From assembly GCA_025999215.1 (NCBI GenBank), contig AP024679.1, positions 165,645-229,644 of the forward strand: 64,000 nucleotides of DNA, written 5' to 3'. Positions 29,506 to 41,349 of this stretch are shown piece after piece (within the stretch, counting starts at the first letter, position 1; each line of letters begins with the position of its first letter). The position numbers and the translations under genes are program-made. The notes beneath the pieces were generated by a model that did not search any database, was not told where the DNA came from, and saw only the letters and a list, made by a program, of their open reading frames with translations. The DNA is from Candidatus Dojkabacteria bacterium (GTDB lineage: Bacteria; Patescibacteriota; Dojkabacteria; J137).

Positions 29506-29865
29506 TATTAATTAATAAATAGAAGTATTAAGTAAGTAGTACTTGTTTATATGTGTATAATAACAGATTTTTACTTTGTTTTGTATTTTATTTAAAGAAA
29601 TTTTTCTAAAAAAATATTGTGGATAACTCATGTTGATAAATTTTATAGGAAATCTGGTGATTTTTAAAAATATTTTTATTATCCACTAAAATTTAATGTG
29701 TATAACTTTGTTAAACTTAAAATTTTTGTGTGCGAATTTTATTACTAGTAAAATAAATTGCTAAGCCACATTTAAAAATATTATTATAGGGTATTTAACT
29801 GTTATCCACATTTTTGTAATATAACTTAACTTCCTCGTTTGTAAGTAATTTTTAGATTATTTCGT
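29506..29865. other. Replication origin oriC
   Basis: DnaA boxes at 29552-29560, 29618-29626, 29697-29705 and 29802-29810, near-matches at 29631 and 29679; DnaA-trio-like run TAGAAGTATTAAGTAAGTAG beside the box nearest dnaN; AT-rich; flanked by dnaN and dnaA. Confidence 0.88.
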
Positions 29866-31275
29866 ATGCCAATGAATATTAAAGATAAAAATCAGCTTTG
29901 GAAAACAGTTCTTGCTCAAATAGAAATTAAACTCGATGCTCCAGCCCAATTTAAAACATTTTTTCAAGATACTAAGTTGATAGATTTACAGGGAAATAAA
30001 GCAGTGATTGGCGTAATAAATCCTTATACAGCTGAATGGCTCAAAGCAAAGCATGAAAAATTAATAAAAGATACCATTAGTTATGTTTACGGTGAAGAGT
30101 TAAAACCAGAATTTCATGTTTATCAAGATACTAACATAAAAGAATTAGAAAAAGAATTTGATTACGAAGAAGCTCCATTGTTAGCTACACAGCATGGTGT
30201 TTTAAATTCTGTAATTGATGAGATTAATAAAGCGGGGCTTAATACCAAGTATTCTTTTTCTAACTTCATAGTCGGTAATCCCAATCGTATTGCTCATGCC
30301 GCAGCATTGGCTGTTGTAGATAATTTGGGAGCAATTTATAATCCATTGTTTATTTATGGCCCAACGGGTGTAGGTAAGACCCATCTAGCCCAAGCAATAG
30401 GCAGAGCAGTTTTAGAAAGAAACATAGCAAAAAAAATAAAATATACTCCATCTGAGGGTTTTTTAAACGACATGGTAAAGGCAATCAAGACTCGCCAACA
30501 AGAAAAATTTAGAGCAATTTACAGGCCACTAGACATTTTAATAATCGATGATATGCAGTTAATCTCTAAATGGGTGGCTACTCAAGAAGAGTTTTTTAAT
30601 ACTTTCAACGAACTTTATAATGCAGGTAAGCAAATTATTATGATTGCGGATAGAAAACCTGATGATATAAAAAATTTAGAATCTAGATTGAGATCCAGAA
30701 TGCAAGGAGGAATGGTAGTAGAAATCGCAAAACCTGATTTTGAGATGAGATTGGCGATTGCGCAACAAAAAGCAGAGAGTAGTGGTTTTGATATTAGTAA
30801 ACAAGCCTTAGAATTCATTGCTAGATCAATTACAGATAATGTTAGAGCCTTAGAGGGTGCTATACAAAAAGTAGCCTTATTTAATCAAATGAAACCAAAT
30901 GGCCACCTAACTTTGGAGGAAATAGCTCATACTTTGAATATAGATTCGCAATCAAAGAGAAATTCAATTAAAATATCAACTGTATTGAAAGAAGTTGCAA
31001 AAGAGTTTAATGTCAGTGTAAAGGAATTAAAGGGCCCTAAACGAACAAAAGATGTTGCATTAGCTCGTCAGGTTGCTATGTACATTTTAAGGGAAGAATT
31101 CGATTATAAACTGGAAGATATTGCGAGGTTTCTAAATAGAAAAGATCACACCACGGTAATGCATGCAGTTGATAAAATAAAAAGTAAAACCATGATTCAA
31201 GATGGATTCCATGCTCAAATATCTAAAATAATATCAGCAATAAATGAATCAAGCATGACTGATGAAGAATTATGA
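29866..31275 (+). CDS. dnaA: Chromosomal replication initiator
   Basis: [53 protein letters not shown]. Confidence 0.97.
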   Translation: MPMNIKDKNQLWKTVLAQIEIKLDAPAQFKTFFQDTKLIDLQGNKAVIGVINPYTAEWLKAKHEKLIKDTISYVYGEELKPEFHVYQDTNIKELEKEFDYEEAPLLATQHGVLNSVIDEINKAGLNTKYSFSNFIVGNPNRIAHAAALAVVDNLGAIYNPLFIYGPTGVGKTHLAQAIGRAVLERNIAKKIKYTPSEGFLNDMVKAIKTRQQEKFRAIYRPLDILIIDDMQLISKWVATQEEFFNTFNELYNAGKQIIMIADRKPDDIKNLESRLRSRMQGGMVVEIAKPDFEMRLAIAQQKAESSGFDISKQALEFIARSITDNVRALEGAIQKVALFNQMKPNGHLTLEEIAHTLNIDSQSKRNSIKISTVLKEVAKEFNVSVKELKGPKRTKDVALARQVAMYILREEFDYKLEDIARFLNRKDHTTVMHAVDKIKSKTMIQDGFHAQISKIISAINESSMTDEEL

Positions 31276-31505
31276 AGAAAATATTAATTTTAATTATAAA
31301 ATTTTATCAATTTTTCTTTTCACTGGATCACTCTTTTTGGGCAAAAGGATTAAATATAGGTGTTTGTAGGTTTCATCCTACTTGCTCTGAATATACTGTT
31401 ACGGCAATAGAAAAATATGGTGTTTTGAGAGGTACTTGGTTAGGAATAAAAAGGTTTTTGAGATGTAATCCATTGTTTAGGGGAGGTCATGATCCTGTTC
31501 CTTGA
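31272..31505 (+). CDS. yidD: Membrane protein insertion efficiency factor
   Basis: [20 protein letters not shown]. Confidence 0.95.
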   Translation: MKKILILIIKFYQFFFSLDHSFWAKGLNIGVCRFHPTCSEYTVTAIEKYGVLRGTWLGIKRFLRCNPLFRGGHDPVP

Positions 31506-32175
31506 AAATTTCTATTTCATATTCATGAAGTAATTTTTTAAGTTCTTCTTCATTATTTACAAATTTAAAAGTGAACGCTTCTAACAAACATAAATTTGGG
31601 TTAACTAGTGTTAATTCTTTTCTGTATTTTTTCTTGTTTTTCATTGTAAAACCATAAAACTCAAAATCATAACTTTGATCAATTGAAGCCATTATTTGTT
31701 TAGTTTTTATTATTTTTTTATTTTCGTAAATAATTTCATATTTTATATTTTCAATGTCTAGGTCGATTATGTGAGAGATCATGGTTAAAAGAGCAGGTGT
31801 GGCAAGAAGTTTTCTTTTCATTGTTAATTTTTGTTTTTTGATGATTTGACTAGCGTTTAAGTCATAAAAAACCATTTCTTCAAATGGTACTTTTTTATCT
31901 AAATCAAAAGCTAAATTAAGCAAATCTAACTCAAACAGTGTAGTGTAAACCTTTGCAATATAATCAATGAAGATAGTATAAATTTTAATTGGGAAATTGA
32001 TGGGTGCATTATTGAACCTTTCAAAAGAGCTAGTTATATTTTTAATTGTAATTTCTTCTATAAAATAAGCAATTAACTCTTCTATATTTTTAGTTGTTTC
32101 TTTTGTTAGTTTTTTGTTGGTTGTGATGTGAATTTCTTTTCCCAGATAACTAAACTTATAATTTTTTCGGAACAT
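31477..32175 (-). CDS. Hypothetical protein, possibly a degenerate ApbE-fold paralog
   Basis: By-eye colinear resemblance to 20775-21635 without its catalytic motifs. Confidence 0.5.
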   Translation of the reverse strand: MFRKNYKFSYLGKEIHITTNKKLTKETTKNIEELIAYFIEEITIKNITSSFERFNNAPINFPIKIYTIFIDYIAKVYTTLFELDLLNLAFDLDKKVPFEEMVFYDLNASQIIKKQKLTMKRKLLATPALLTMISHIIDLDIENIKYEIIYENKKIIKTKQIMASIDQSYDFEFYGFTMKNKKKYRKELTLVNPNLCLLEAFTFKFVNNEEELKKLLHEYEIEIFKEQDHDLP

Positions 32176-32224
32176 AAACTAAAAAATTTATTATAAATAG
32201 TTTATACTATTGTAAAACAAAATT

Positions 32225-32821
32225 ATGAGCAAGCAAAAAAAACGACATATTTTTAATTTACTTAAACCAGTTGAACCCCCAAAAACTGTATGGGACAAGA
32301 TTTATGATTGGATTTTAACTAGAGCAAAAATAGTTATGATGCTGGCTGAAGTATTTATAGCGATTGCATTTTTTTCAAAAGTTATTGTTGATACTCAAGC
32401 GAAAAGCAAAATTGAAACTATCAATTCTTTCACTGCTCAAGCTCGTTTGTATGTAGATGAGAATGGAGTAGCGAACGCAAGGCTATCTCGGTATTCTGAG
32501 ATTCAAGCTAGATCAAGCGATTACGTAAAGCTTTGGAATGGTAGTTCAAATTTAGCTACAGTTTTAGAAGAAATATATTCATACATACCAAATCAAGTTG
32601 CAGATGTTAATGTCAGTATTCAAGCAAATAGGCTGATGATTTCAGGTCAAATTGAGCTAGATACGCTCAGGTCTATTGAAAATTTGATAGATAATTCCCC
32701 AACGTTTGTGGACTCTGAGATAACTTTAATAATTGAGGAAGATGATTCTCTGGCCGGTTTGGGTTCATACTCGCTTGAAGCAACGATTTCAGAAGATTTT
32801 TTAACTAGACAAGATATATGA
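32225..32821 (+). CDS. PilN-like type IV pilus alignment protein
   Basis: FNLL N-terminal motif, TM helix, coiled coil, ferredoxin-like C-terminus (ISG...NSPTF.D). Confidence 0.6.
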   Translation: MSKQKKRHIFNLLKPVEPPKTVWDKIYDWILTRAKIVMMLAEVFIAIAFFSKVIVDTQAKSKIETINSFTAQARLYVDENGVANARLSRYSEIQARSSDYVKLWNGSSNLATVLEEIYSYIPNQVADVNVSIQANRLMISGQIELDTLRSIENLIDNSPTFVDSEITLIIEEDDSLAGLGSYSLEATISEDFLTRQDI

Positions 32822-33432
32822 GTCAAAGAAGAAATTTTGATTTAAATAAATATCTCCAAAGCAGCAAACAAAAAAGTTATTTTGTAACTGCAGTTACACT
32901 TTCACTTGTAGTTTTAGTTTTTTTGGTGGGAATTTTACCTGCATATAGTGCAATTGTTTTTCAGATAGATCAAAATAAAAAACGTGATGAAGCAACGAAA
33001 ACATTACAAGCGGTGATAGAGCAGTTTAAAAATTTTATAAATCAAGAGGAGAATGAGTTCACAATATTATCTACTTTTAATGATATTTTTCCAGAAAAAA
33101 TGGATCAAAGTTCTGTGATTGAGGATTTTGTAAATTTCACCAAACAAAGAGACATAGAACTCAAGTCGATAAGTTTTAGTCAGGTACAAAGGGAAATTCC
33201 TCTTCAGAGAGAATTCAAAACTAGGGATGTCGTTAAGTATCAATATGCATCAATAAATGTTGCAGGATCTCGACGTAATATTTTAGATTTAATAGAGGAT
33301 GTTGAAAGATCTAAAAGAATTTATAACATCGTAAATTTGGAAATTTCTAAAGACTACAGAGGTTTACCTAATACTTCTGAATTTAATGCTACAATTAGAG
33401 TAGAATTTTATTGGACACAAAAAGGTTTTTAA
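32818..33432 (+). CDS. PilO-like type IV pilus alignment protein
   Basis: TM helix, coiled coil, FP, V.G....I..LI..VE.SKRI..I; overlaps the PilN-like gene. Confidence 0.65.
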   Translation: MSQRRNFDLNKYLQSSKQKSYFVTAVTLSLVVLVFLVGILPAYSAIVFQIDQNKKRDEATKTLQAVIEQFKNFINQEENEFTILSTFNDIFPEKMDQSSVIEDFVNFTKQRDIELKSISFSQVQREIPLQREFKTRDVVKYQYASINVAGSRRNILDLIEDVERSKRIYNIVNLEISKDYRGLPNTSEFNATIRVEFYWTQKGF

Positions 33433-33436
33433 ATTT

Positions 33437-33628
33437 ATGAGTCAAAATTTAAATAAACAATGGCTTTTTTTAATTATTGTGCTGGTCGTAACCATGCTAG
33501 GGGCTGTTGCATGGGAAATTTACTCAATTTATTTTGATGAAACTAGAGAAACTGTAAGAATTAGTCTTGAACCGCTTCCAAGTAGTTATCTTATTCCACA
33601 AAACTTAAAGAATCATATTTTGGATTAA
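33437..33628 (+). CDS. Small single-pass membrane protein (pil operon)
   Basis: 63 aa with a TM helix, 4 nt after the PilO-like gene. Confidence 0.6.
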   Translation: MSQNLNKQWLFLIIVLVVTMLGAVAWEIYSIYFDETRETVRISLEPLPSSYLIPQNLKNHILD

Positions 33629-33779
33629 TTTTCTGTGGCAAGATTATTTTTCTTTCTTGAAATGAAAGATCTAATTTTGATGTAACTCCAATAGGTGCTC
33701 CATCCAGTCAAAATACCTAGCCCAAAAGTTATACCAATATAAAAAATATGTGAAATTATCATACTTTTTAAAATAAAAA

Positions 33780-36069
33780 TTAATTACCTGCTTTAAGTTG
33801 AGCAATAAAACTATCTGCGTCGTCTATCAATACTTCTCTTGGTTTAGGACCATTAGCTGGCCCAACTACTCCTGCTTCTTCAAGTTCATCAAGTAGTCTT
33901 GCTGCTCTATTGAAACCTATGTTTAATCGTCTTTGCAGGTACGAAGCTGACCCTTTTTTGCTTGCAACTACAATACGAATAGCTTGTTCAACTAATGAAT
34001 CGCCCGAAATGTCACTTAGTGCTTCATTTACAGCTTCTTCTTCAGACATTTGTTTTTCTAGTATTTCTGGCAAATATTCAACTTCTGGCGCTTGAGATTT
34101 TATAAAGTCAACAATTCTTATAACTTCTTCTTGTTCAATGTAGGGGCCTTGCAATCTGATAGCTCTTGTTTTGTCTGGTGCTTTATACAAAAGGTCACCA
34201 TTTCCCATCAAGCTTTCGGCGCCAATATGATCTAGAATTACTCTTGAGTCTGTGCTGCTAGTTACACTCATACCGACTCTTCCTGGAATATTTGCTTTAA
34301 TTAATCCTGTGATCACATTAACCGATGGTCTTTGTGTTGCTAAAATTAAATGTATACCAACAGCTCTAGCAAGTTGAGCAAGTCTAACTATGGCTGTTTC
34401 TGTTTCACCACGGTTAGAAGTCATCATCATATCGGCCATTTCATCTATAACTATAACAATATATGGCATAGCTGCAAAACCCTTTTTCTTATTGTAAGCC
34501 GAAATGTTTCGCACTTGCTCTTTAGCTAGAATTGAATACCTCCTTTCCATCTCCCCTGAAACAGCCCATTTTAGAGCATTTAAAACTTCAGACATATCAG
34601 TAATCACAGGAGTAAGCAAATGAGGTATACCATTGTAATCTGATAATTCAACCTGTTTTGGATCCACCAAAATGAGTCTTAGTTCATCAGGTGATTTATT
34701 CATTAACAAACTGCTAATAAAAGTATTTGTAAGAACTGATTTACCAGAACCTGTTGCTCCAGCAATTAATAAGTGAGGCATTTTCTCTATTCCTGCAATT
34801 AATGGACTTCCATCTATACCTTTTCCAATTGGCACAGGTAACACAAAATTACTTCCTTGCATTTGTGTTGCTTCCATGATCTCTTTAATTCTCACTATAT
34901 CTCTTTGACTCCTCGGAACTTCTATTCCAAGGTAAGATGTTTCAGGAATAGATTCTATTCTAATTGATTTAGAATCTACTCCTCAGCGCCAAAGCAAGAT
35001 TTTCAGATAATGTTGCGACTCTCGATACCTTTATTCCCAGAGGTATATTTAGGGCGTATTGAACCACAGAAGGTCCAATGAAAGCGTCTTCAACTTTGGC
35101 ATTTATGTTGAAGCTTTCTAAAATTTGTTCAATAATTTTGGCGTTTTGTTCTATTGCTATTTCTTTGGATTTAGTTTTTTTGTAGGGTATAAGTAGGTTT
35201 AATGGAGGTAATTTCCAATTAGGATACTTTAATTCAGGTTGAACCAAACCTTCATCGCCAATTTGTGCTTCTTTTATTTCTACACTTGGATAAGTCTGAA
35301 GATTTTTTTGTTATAACCTCCGCTTGAGTTTTTACTTCCTCGTTTTTTGTTTGTGGTTTGTTCTATTTTATTATTAATAACTTCTTTTTCTTTTACATTT
35401 TTAATAATTTTATTAAAATCGCCAAAAGTTTTGGGTTTTTCATTTGCATTGTCTATTGTTATTCCTTTGTTTCTTTTTTGTTCTTTAAGTTTTCTTAGCT
35501 CTACCTTTTCTTCTTCTGTAAGAATTAAGCCGGAAGCTCGACCAATAAACCTAAATGCTTTTTGAAAGAAAGAAAATATTTTAGCGCTTGGTATTGCAAG
35601 GGCAAGTGGCAATAAAAAAATTAATGCAAAAATCAGTATTAGTTTTGTTGCCGGTTGAGTAGGTATCGTATCGCCAAAAAAATCTTTAATTAAGAAAAAA
35701 CCAACTTCGCCTCCAATATCTCCTTTTCCCGTTGCTCTTGATAGTTCCGCAGGGGTTTTTGAAAAGGATGTTAGCAGTGCGGGTATTATCCAGACTAACA
35801 AAAACTGAGCAAATAAGCTTATGGGTTTGGTGAGAGAAATTTTTACATTCAAAAAAGATAGTCCCAGAAAAAACAGAAATATCTGACGTTATGATGGTAG
35901 AGCTACCGAAAATATTCCTAGTTCTAATGAAGAGGTTAGATTGATTTTCTGATACTGCAAAAATTGAAACAAAAAAGAACAAGGCAAGTAAAATTAACAT
36001 TATCCCAACAAATGTATAGGTTTCTTTGCTATCGTAAGTGATTTGTTTTTTCTTTCTTCTTCTACCCAT
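33780..36069 (-). CDS. ftsK: DNA translocase FtsK/SpoIIIE (split by at least 3 frameshifts)
   Basis: Fragments 35686-36069, 35280-35852, 34969-35247, 33780-34895; PHLLIAGATGSGKS, DEMAD, ATQRPS, gamma domain LQRRLNIGFNRAAR. Confidence 0.93.
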
Positions 36070-36120
36070 ACTTTATTTTATCACGAAAACAAATCATGTT
36101 TAATTTGGTATAATTTGTTT

Positions 36121-36500
36121 ATGTTAGAAGAACCTACCAATTTAACCCCTGATAGTATTGAAAGATTGATTGGAAAATTATTGGCATATACGGTAATAGA
36201 TTTTAAGGATGAATATGAAAATGTAGTTGATTGGGGTCTCACAATTTTAATGATAACAAAAAATTTAGATTCAATTGAAAATTATATAAATCAAAACTTA
36301 GAACAATTAGTTCATTGTAAAGAAAATTCTATTCTTTTAGGGGGAGCATTACAAAGACTGTATGGATTTTTCAACAAAATAATTAACCATTTGCAAACAT
36401 GAAAGGTTATGAAAATTATGTAAGAAAAGCTGAAGATCAAAAAGAACGAGTTATACAATTAGCTCATAGAGTAGGTTGGACAATAACTGACAACAATTGA
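36121..36500 (+). CDS. Hypothetical protein (probable frameshift near 36395)
   Basis: ATG 36121 lies 6 nt after TGGTATAAT; an alternative frame continues MKGYENYVRKAEDQ... to TGA at 36500. Confidence 0.5.
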
Positions 36501-36738
36501 TTTTTTGTTATTAAGGAAAGTAGCAGTGTATAAATCGCTTAATAATTGGTGGAAATTTTTTGTAAACTAAATGGAGTTTTGCACGACAAAAATTTATCAT
36601 TGTTCTTCTTGGTTTCCACTTTTGTAACAAGAATATGTTGGTCTGATAAATACAGTTATTGCTAAGTTAATTATTAGATGGTAGTTATATTTAAGTATCC
36701 CTTTTCTTTAAGAAAATAAAAAAAGGAATTCAGGTCTT

Positions 36739-37305
36739 TTACAAATCATAACTTAAGTCCATGTGATTCGGTTGAGCAGAATCAATATTATAATCGTGAT
36801 TAGCAGAATCTAAAAATACCCTAACTTTTCTAGAAATTTCTATGTTACTATCGTTAATATTTTCTTGAGTGTGAAGGTGATTGATAAAAACATTTAAAAG
36901 TTCTGTAATAAATTCTGTATCATTTTGTAATGCTGTAAACATGTATTGAGTATATTGAGCCTCTTCCATGCTTGATTCTTGCGTGTTTTCATTTTTTTTG
37001 CTCCTAAATTCAATAACCTTTTTTTTAATTGCGGTTAAAAAATCAATTAAAAATGCTTCAAAATCTGTAAAAATTTTGGTTAGGTTGGGATACACTTTTA
37101 AAAGTGTAGTATTCACTTCATCACCCTTAACATTACCTAACAATTCGGATTGTTTAGATGCGTGTTGATCTATCCATTCTTCAACTAAACTATTAATGTC
37201 CAGCTCATGGCTTCCAATTAAGTTTATAAAATGGTCTATCTCTATTTCAATAGAGCCCTCTTTACGTTCAGGATTGGGATTAATCTCACCGCTACCATAA
37301 TTCAC
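36739..37305 (-). CDS. Hypothetical protein
   Basis: 188-aa ORF, no motif recognised. Confidence 0.6.
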   Translation of the reverse strand: MNYGSGEINPNPERKEGSIEIEIDHFINLIGSHELDINSLVEEWIDQHASKQSELLGNVKGDEVNTTLLKVYPNLTKIFTDFEAFLIDFLTAIKKKVIEFRSKKNENTQESSMEEAQYTQYMFTALQNDTEFITELLNVFINHLHTQENINDSNIEISRKVRVFLDSANHDYNIDSAQPNHMDLSYDL

Positions 37306-37330
37306 AAAACTACATCTCTCTAACTAACAA

Positions 37331-37879
37331 TTATTTCAATAACACTCTATCAATTACGTGAACCACTCCATTTTCCGCTTCTAAATCTACCTTAACTACC
37401 ATTACTTTTTGACCAGATTCGTCTTGCAAATACACATTATCATTTTCGATTAAAACTGTTAGTTTTCCACCAGATAAAGTTTCGATGCTTTGATTGTTTT
37501 TTAAATCTTCAGCTCTTACTTTGCCCATGACAACATGGTATTTGAGCACATCTTGTAAGCTTTCTTTATTTTCATCTTTCAATAAATTATCTAATGTATC
37601 ACCTAAGGTTGAAAAAGCTTCATTTGTTGGTGCAAAAACCGTATATTCTCCAGTTTCTAAAGTGGACCTTAATTCAGCTTTATCTATTGCTGTAACCAAA
37701 GTTGATAAATTTTCATTAAGTAAAACCTCAACTATATTTTGTTGTTCTGTAACTTCATTATTTTCTACTTCCTCCGTGGTGTCTTTTTCTTTTAAAATTT
37801 CGGTGTATAAAAAGTAACCTCCGGTTGCCGATATAGAAACTATTACGAGAAGCAATATTAAATTTCTTAAACTTTGCAT
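37331..37879 (-). CDS. Fasciclin (FAS1) domain surface protein
   Basis: N-terminal TM; TVFAPTNEAF, LKYHVV, NGVVHVIDRVL. Confidence 0.93.
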   Translation of the reverse strand: MQSLRNLILLLVIVSISATGGYFLYTEILKEKDTTEEVENNEVTEQQNIVEVLLNENLSTLVTAIDKAELRSTLETGEYTVFAPTNEAFSTLGDTLDNLLKDENKESLQDVLKYHVVMGKVRAEDLKNNQSIETLSGGKLTVLIENDNVYLQDESGQKVMVVKVDLEAENGVVHVIDRVLLK

Positions 37880-37936
37880 AAATTTAAAAAATAATAAGTA
37901 ATAATTAAATTTAACATAAAATCTATATTATCTCAA

Positions 37937-37975
37937 TTGGCATTCTCAAGCTTGATCTGCTAGATATGATATAAT
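37937..37975 (+). promoter_or_regulatory. Degenerate CIRCE-like element plus extended -10 upstream of dnaJ
   Basis: TTGGCATTC-N9-ATCTGCTAG versus consensus TTAGCACTC-N9-GAGTGCTAA; TGATATAAT at 37967-37975. Confidence 0.4.
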
Positions 37976-38000
37976 CTAATGGTTATTATTTAAAGAAGAT

Positions 38001-39101
38001 ATGGCAAAGCGAGATTATTACGAAGTATTGGGGGTAAGTAAAAACGCTACTAAGCAAGAGATTAAAAAAGCTTATAGAAAGTTAGCTAAGCAATATCACC
38101 CAGATAAAAATAAATCAGCCGATGCAGAAGAAAAATTCAAAGAAATTCAGGAAGCTTACGATGTTTTAAGTGATGATCAAAAAAGGTCAGCATATGATCA
38201 GTATGGCTTTGCTGGAACCAAAGGTTTTAGTGGAGGAGGTTTTTCAAGCGAAGCGTCTTGGGGCGACTTTTCTGAGGCATTTGGAGGTTTTGGTGGAAGT
38301 TTGGATGATTTGTTACAAGGTATGTTTGGAGGAAGTTTTGCAGGTTTTGGTAATTCTAATTTCAAAGCAAAATCCCATCGTGGTAGAGATCTAGAAGTAA
38401 GTATATCAATTAGTTTTGAAGATGCTGTTTTTGGTTGTGAAAAGACAATCAAATATAAAAGATATAAAACTTGTGGTGGTTGCAATGGAAGCGGTTCTAC
38501 CAACAAAAAAACAAAATCTTGCTCAAATTGTAATGGGTCTGGAAGAAGTGTAAAAATTCAAAAAACAATATTTGGATCTATGCAAATGGTTTCCACTTGT
38601 GAAGTATGTGAAGGAAGCGGGCAAATTCCTGATAAACCTTGTGGCAAGTGTGGTGCAACAGGAAGAGTTTTAACTGAAGATAGCTTAACTGTTAAAATAC
38701 CAGCAGGAATTCCTGATGGGGTAACATTGAGGTTTGAAGGTAGAGGAGATGTAGGACCTTTAGGTTCTGAGAGTGGTGATTTGTTTGTTAATATAGAGGT
38801 TGAGCCAAGCGAAATTTTTGAAAGAAGAGGAGATGATATTTATGTTGATAAGAAAATACCAGTCTATACCGCAGTTTTAGGTGGAATTGTAGAGGTACCT
38901 ACTGTTCAAGGTGATGTAAAAATGAAAGTTCCTCCAGGTGTACAATCAGAAAAAGTTTTAAAACTTAAAGGAAAAGGTGCTCCAAGATTCAGAGGAGGAG
39001 GTTATGGTGATCAATACGTAAGACTCATTGTTGAAATACCTACAAAATTAGATAAAGAAGAAAAAGAACTTTGGGAAAAGCTAAGAAAATTAAAGGAATA
39101 A
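38001..39101 (+). CDS. dnaJ: Chaperone DnaJ
   Basis: HPD J-domain, G/F region, four CxxCxGxG repeats. Confidence 0.97.
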   Translation: MAKRDYYEVLGVSKNATKQEIKKAYRKLAKQYHPDKNKSADAEEKFKEIQEAYDVLSDDQKRSAYDQYGFAGTKGFSGGGFSSEASWGDFSEAFGGFGGSLDDLLQGMFGGSFAGFGNSNFKAKSHRGRDLEVSISISFEDAVFGCEKTIKYKRYKTCGGCNGSGSTNKKTKSCSNCNGSGRSVKIQKTIFGSMQMVSTCEVCEGSGQIPDKPCGKCGATGRVLTEDSLTVKIPAGIPDGVTLRFEGRGDVGPLGSESGDLFVNIEVEPSEIFERRGDDIYVDKKIPVYTAVLGGIVEVPTVQGDVKMKVPPGVQSEKVLKLKGKGAPRFRGGGYGDQYVRLIVEIPTKLDKEEKELWEKLRKLKE

Positions 39102-39246
39102 TTTGTACAAATTGTTCAAATGTTTTTAACATTACGTCGTAAAAGCTTATATAAAAATAAAACTAAGCTTGGTTTTATTTGAGGAATTTGACAAAATATC
39201 GTTGTTAAAATATAATTAATCTAACTTTAGAATAATATAATTACAA

Positions 39247-40037
39247 ATGGTAGACCTGACTGAAATAAGTGGTATCCCGATCAAGTTTAACGAAGAGACA
39301 CTTTGCATTGAGTTGGGTGAAGCGATTAGATGCAACTCTGAAATTCATGTTTCCATTGATGAAATTAATCCTGTTTTATTAAATAAATCTGTAAAATATC
39401 CTGAAAAAGTTTATAGGCACTATTCTGATGTTCTGAGTCATGACTTTAGAGGGAGCTTCAAATACAGATACGATATTTTTGTAATTCCTTATGGATTGTT
39501 GGGTATAGAGTATGTAAAAACTCATATTTTTTATGAAGATCCTTCCGATGGTAAATACGATTGCGTAGTGGAAGTTTTGAGTGGTACTTTAACTGTGATT
39601 CTTCAAAAAAATTTGGAATCTGACGAAGAAGATTTTTGGGTAGATGTTGAAGTTGAAAAAGTATACATAGTAGATCTTGATGCTGGGTGAACAAATGGTA
39701 ATTCCTACTGGTTATTATTATACTTTTGTAAATACTTCTTCTAAGCCTGTTGTTTTTTCAAAAATTAGATGTAAAAGTAAAAAACAGCTTAGACTATACG
39801 AGTATACAGAAAGAGCGTGGACTAGCGTTTTACTTAATTTCAAAAAATGCAAGAGTTGAGATTGTGCCTAATCCAAAATACAAAATTAAATTTCCAGCAA
39901 ACTATTTGAAACACAAAAAATTACTAAAAGAAAAAGAATTTTTTCTTGAGGAACTCCACAGGGAACGTAAACCCTTATTTCATCACTTTTCTGAAAAAAG
40001 AGAGTGGATTACTAATTGGATACATTCTCATCTTTAA
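39247..40037 (+). CDS. Cupin (archaeal-type) glucose-6-phosphate isomerase family protein, two frameshifts
   Basis: RYDIFVIP.GLLG.EYVKT, EVLSG...VILQK, IPTGYY.TFVN, ERGLAFY..NPKY spread over three frames. Confidence 0.7.
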
Positions 40038-40051
40038 GATATAATTTACAT

Positions 40052-40774
40052 ATGAAGCTTAATTTTTCTTTAAATAGTTTGAATGTTTTGATTTACATTA
40101 ACTTGTTTGTTTTTGTACTCGTTTATCTAGTTTTGATAACTTTAGGTCCACAGTCCATAGATTATGATTTAGATAGCAGAACATTAATTGGTGTATTAGA
40201 AATAAATAACGGGAGTATAAATAGCTTAGGAACTTTAATTACTTCTATTTTTCTACATATCAATATTTTGCACATTTTAATAAACATGTATTCATTATTT
40301 AAAGTCGGGGAAATAGTTTATAACTTATATGATGGTAAAAAATTATTCTTAACTTACGTAATAGGTGGATTGGGTGGAAGTTTAATGACTTTTGTGTATT
40401 ATTCATTGATAATAAAAGAGGATGTAAGTACGATTGGGGCAAGTGGCGCTATTTTTGCATTGGTTGGCTTGTTAGTTGGCGGAAGCTTGAAAAAGTATCG
40501 GTATGGTTATAATTTGCCAATAAATTTTCAAAATGTTTTGTTTGTTGCGCTAATGTCACTATCAATCGGATTAATACCAGGGTTAAATGTCAATAATTTG
40601 GCTCACATTGGAGGTTTTTTGACAGGCATTATAATAGGCCTTTTTTTAAAACATTCTCTAGGAACATATGAAACATTGTTTGAAAAAAAGCTGGTTAACT
40701 TTTTATACAAATTGAGTATTGTAATGGTAGTATTGGGATACACTATTGTTTTCTATGATGTTATAATTAGTTGA
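40052..40774 (+). CDS. Rhomboid intramembrane serine protease
   Basis: FLH...HILINM, GASGA, AHIGG; ATG 40052 follows TATAAT. Confidence 0.92.
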   Translation: MKLNFSLNSLNVLIYINLFVFVLVYLVLITLGPQSIDYDLDSRTLIGVLEINNGSINSLGTLITSIFLHINILHILINMYSLFKVGEIVYNLYDGKKLFLTYVIGGLGGSLMTFVYYSLIIKEDVSTIGASGAIFALVGLLVGGSLKKYRYGYNLPINFQNVLFVALMSLSIGLIPGLNVNNLAHIGGFLTGIIIGLFLKHSLGTYETLFEKKLVNFLYKLSIVMVVLGYTIVFYDVIIS

Positions 40775-41349
40775 TGACTATTCTTTTTTTAGGCTTATCT
40801 GGAAGTGGAAAGGATACACAAGCAGAATTGCTTGCCGAAAAACTGGGTAATGCTACTGTAATCTCCACAGGTGAAATTCTAAGACAAGTAGCAAAATCAG
40901 GGGAAGGAGAATTGGCAAATAAAATAAAAAGCTATTTGGACAAAGGGCTTTGGGTTCCTGATGAATTAGTGTACGAAATTTTAGGAAATCATTTAAAAAA
41001 AATAACCTATAAACATATTTTTTTGTCTGGCGCGGTGAGAACTTCTAGTCAAGTTGCACTACTTGATAATGAGCTTGAAAAATTACAAAGGCCTTTGGAA
41101 ATGGTGATTATTCTTGACGTAAGTCGGGAAGAAGTATTTAAGAGATTAATAGCCAGGGGCAGAAGTGATGATGAGGTGGAAATTATAGAAAATAGAATCA
41201 AAGAGTTTGAAAAAAACATTAGCCCCATACTTGAAATTTATGAAAAAAGAGGGATACTTTTTAGAGTAGATGGTAACAGAAGCATACAAGCTATCCACGA
41301 AGATATTCTAGATATTATAAAAAAGCACTATGACGTCAATTTTTCCTGA
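40774..41349 (+). CDS. adk: Adenylate/nucleoside monophosphate kinase
   Basis: GLSGSGKDTQA, ISTGEILR, G..VPDE, RGRSDD. Confidence 0.85.
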   Translation: MTILFLGLSGSGKDTQAELLAEKLGNATVISTGEILRQVAKSGEGELANKIKSYLDKGLWVPDELVYEILGNHLKKITYKHIFLSGAVRTSSQVALLDNELEKLQRPLEMVIILDVSREEVFKRLIARGRSDDEVEIIENRIKEFEKNISPILEIYEKRGILFRVDGNRSIQAIHEDILDIIKKHYDVNFS

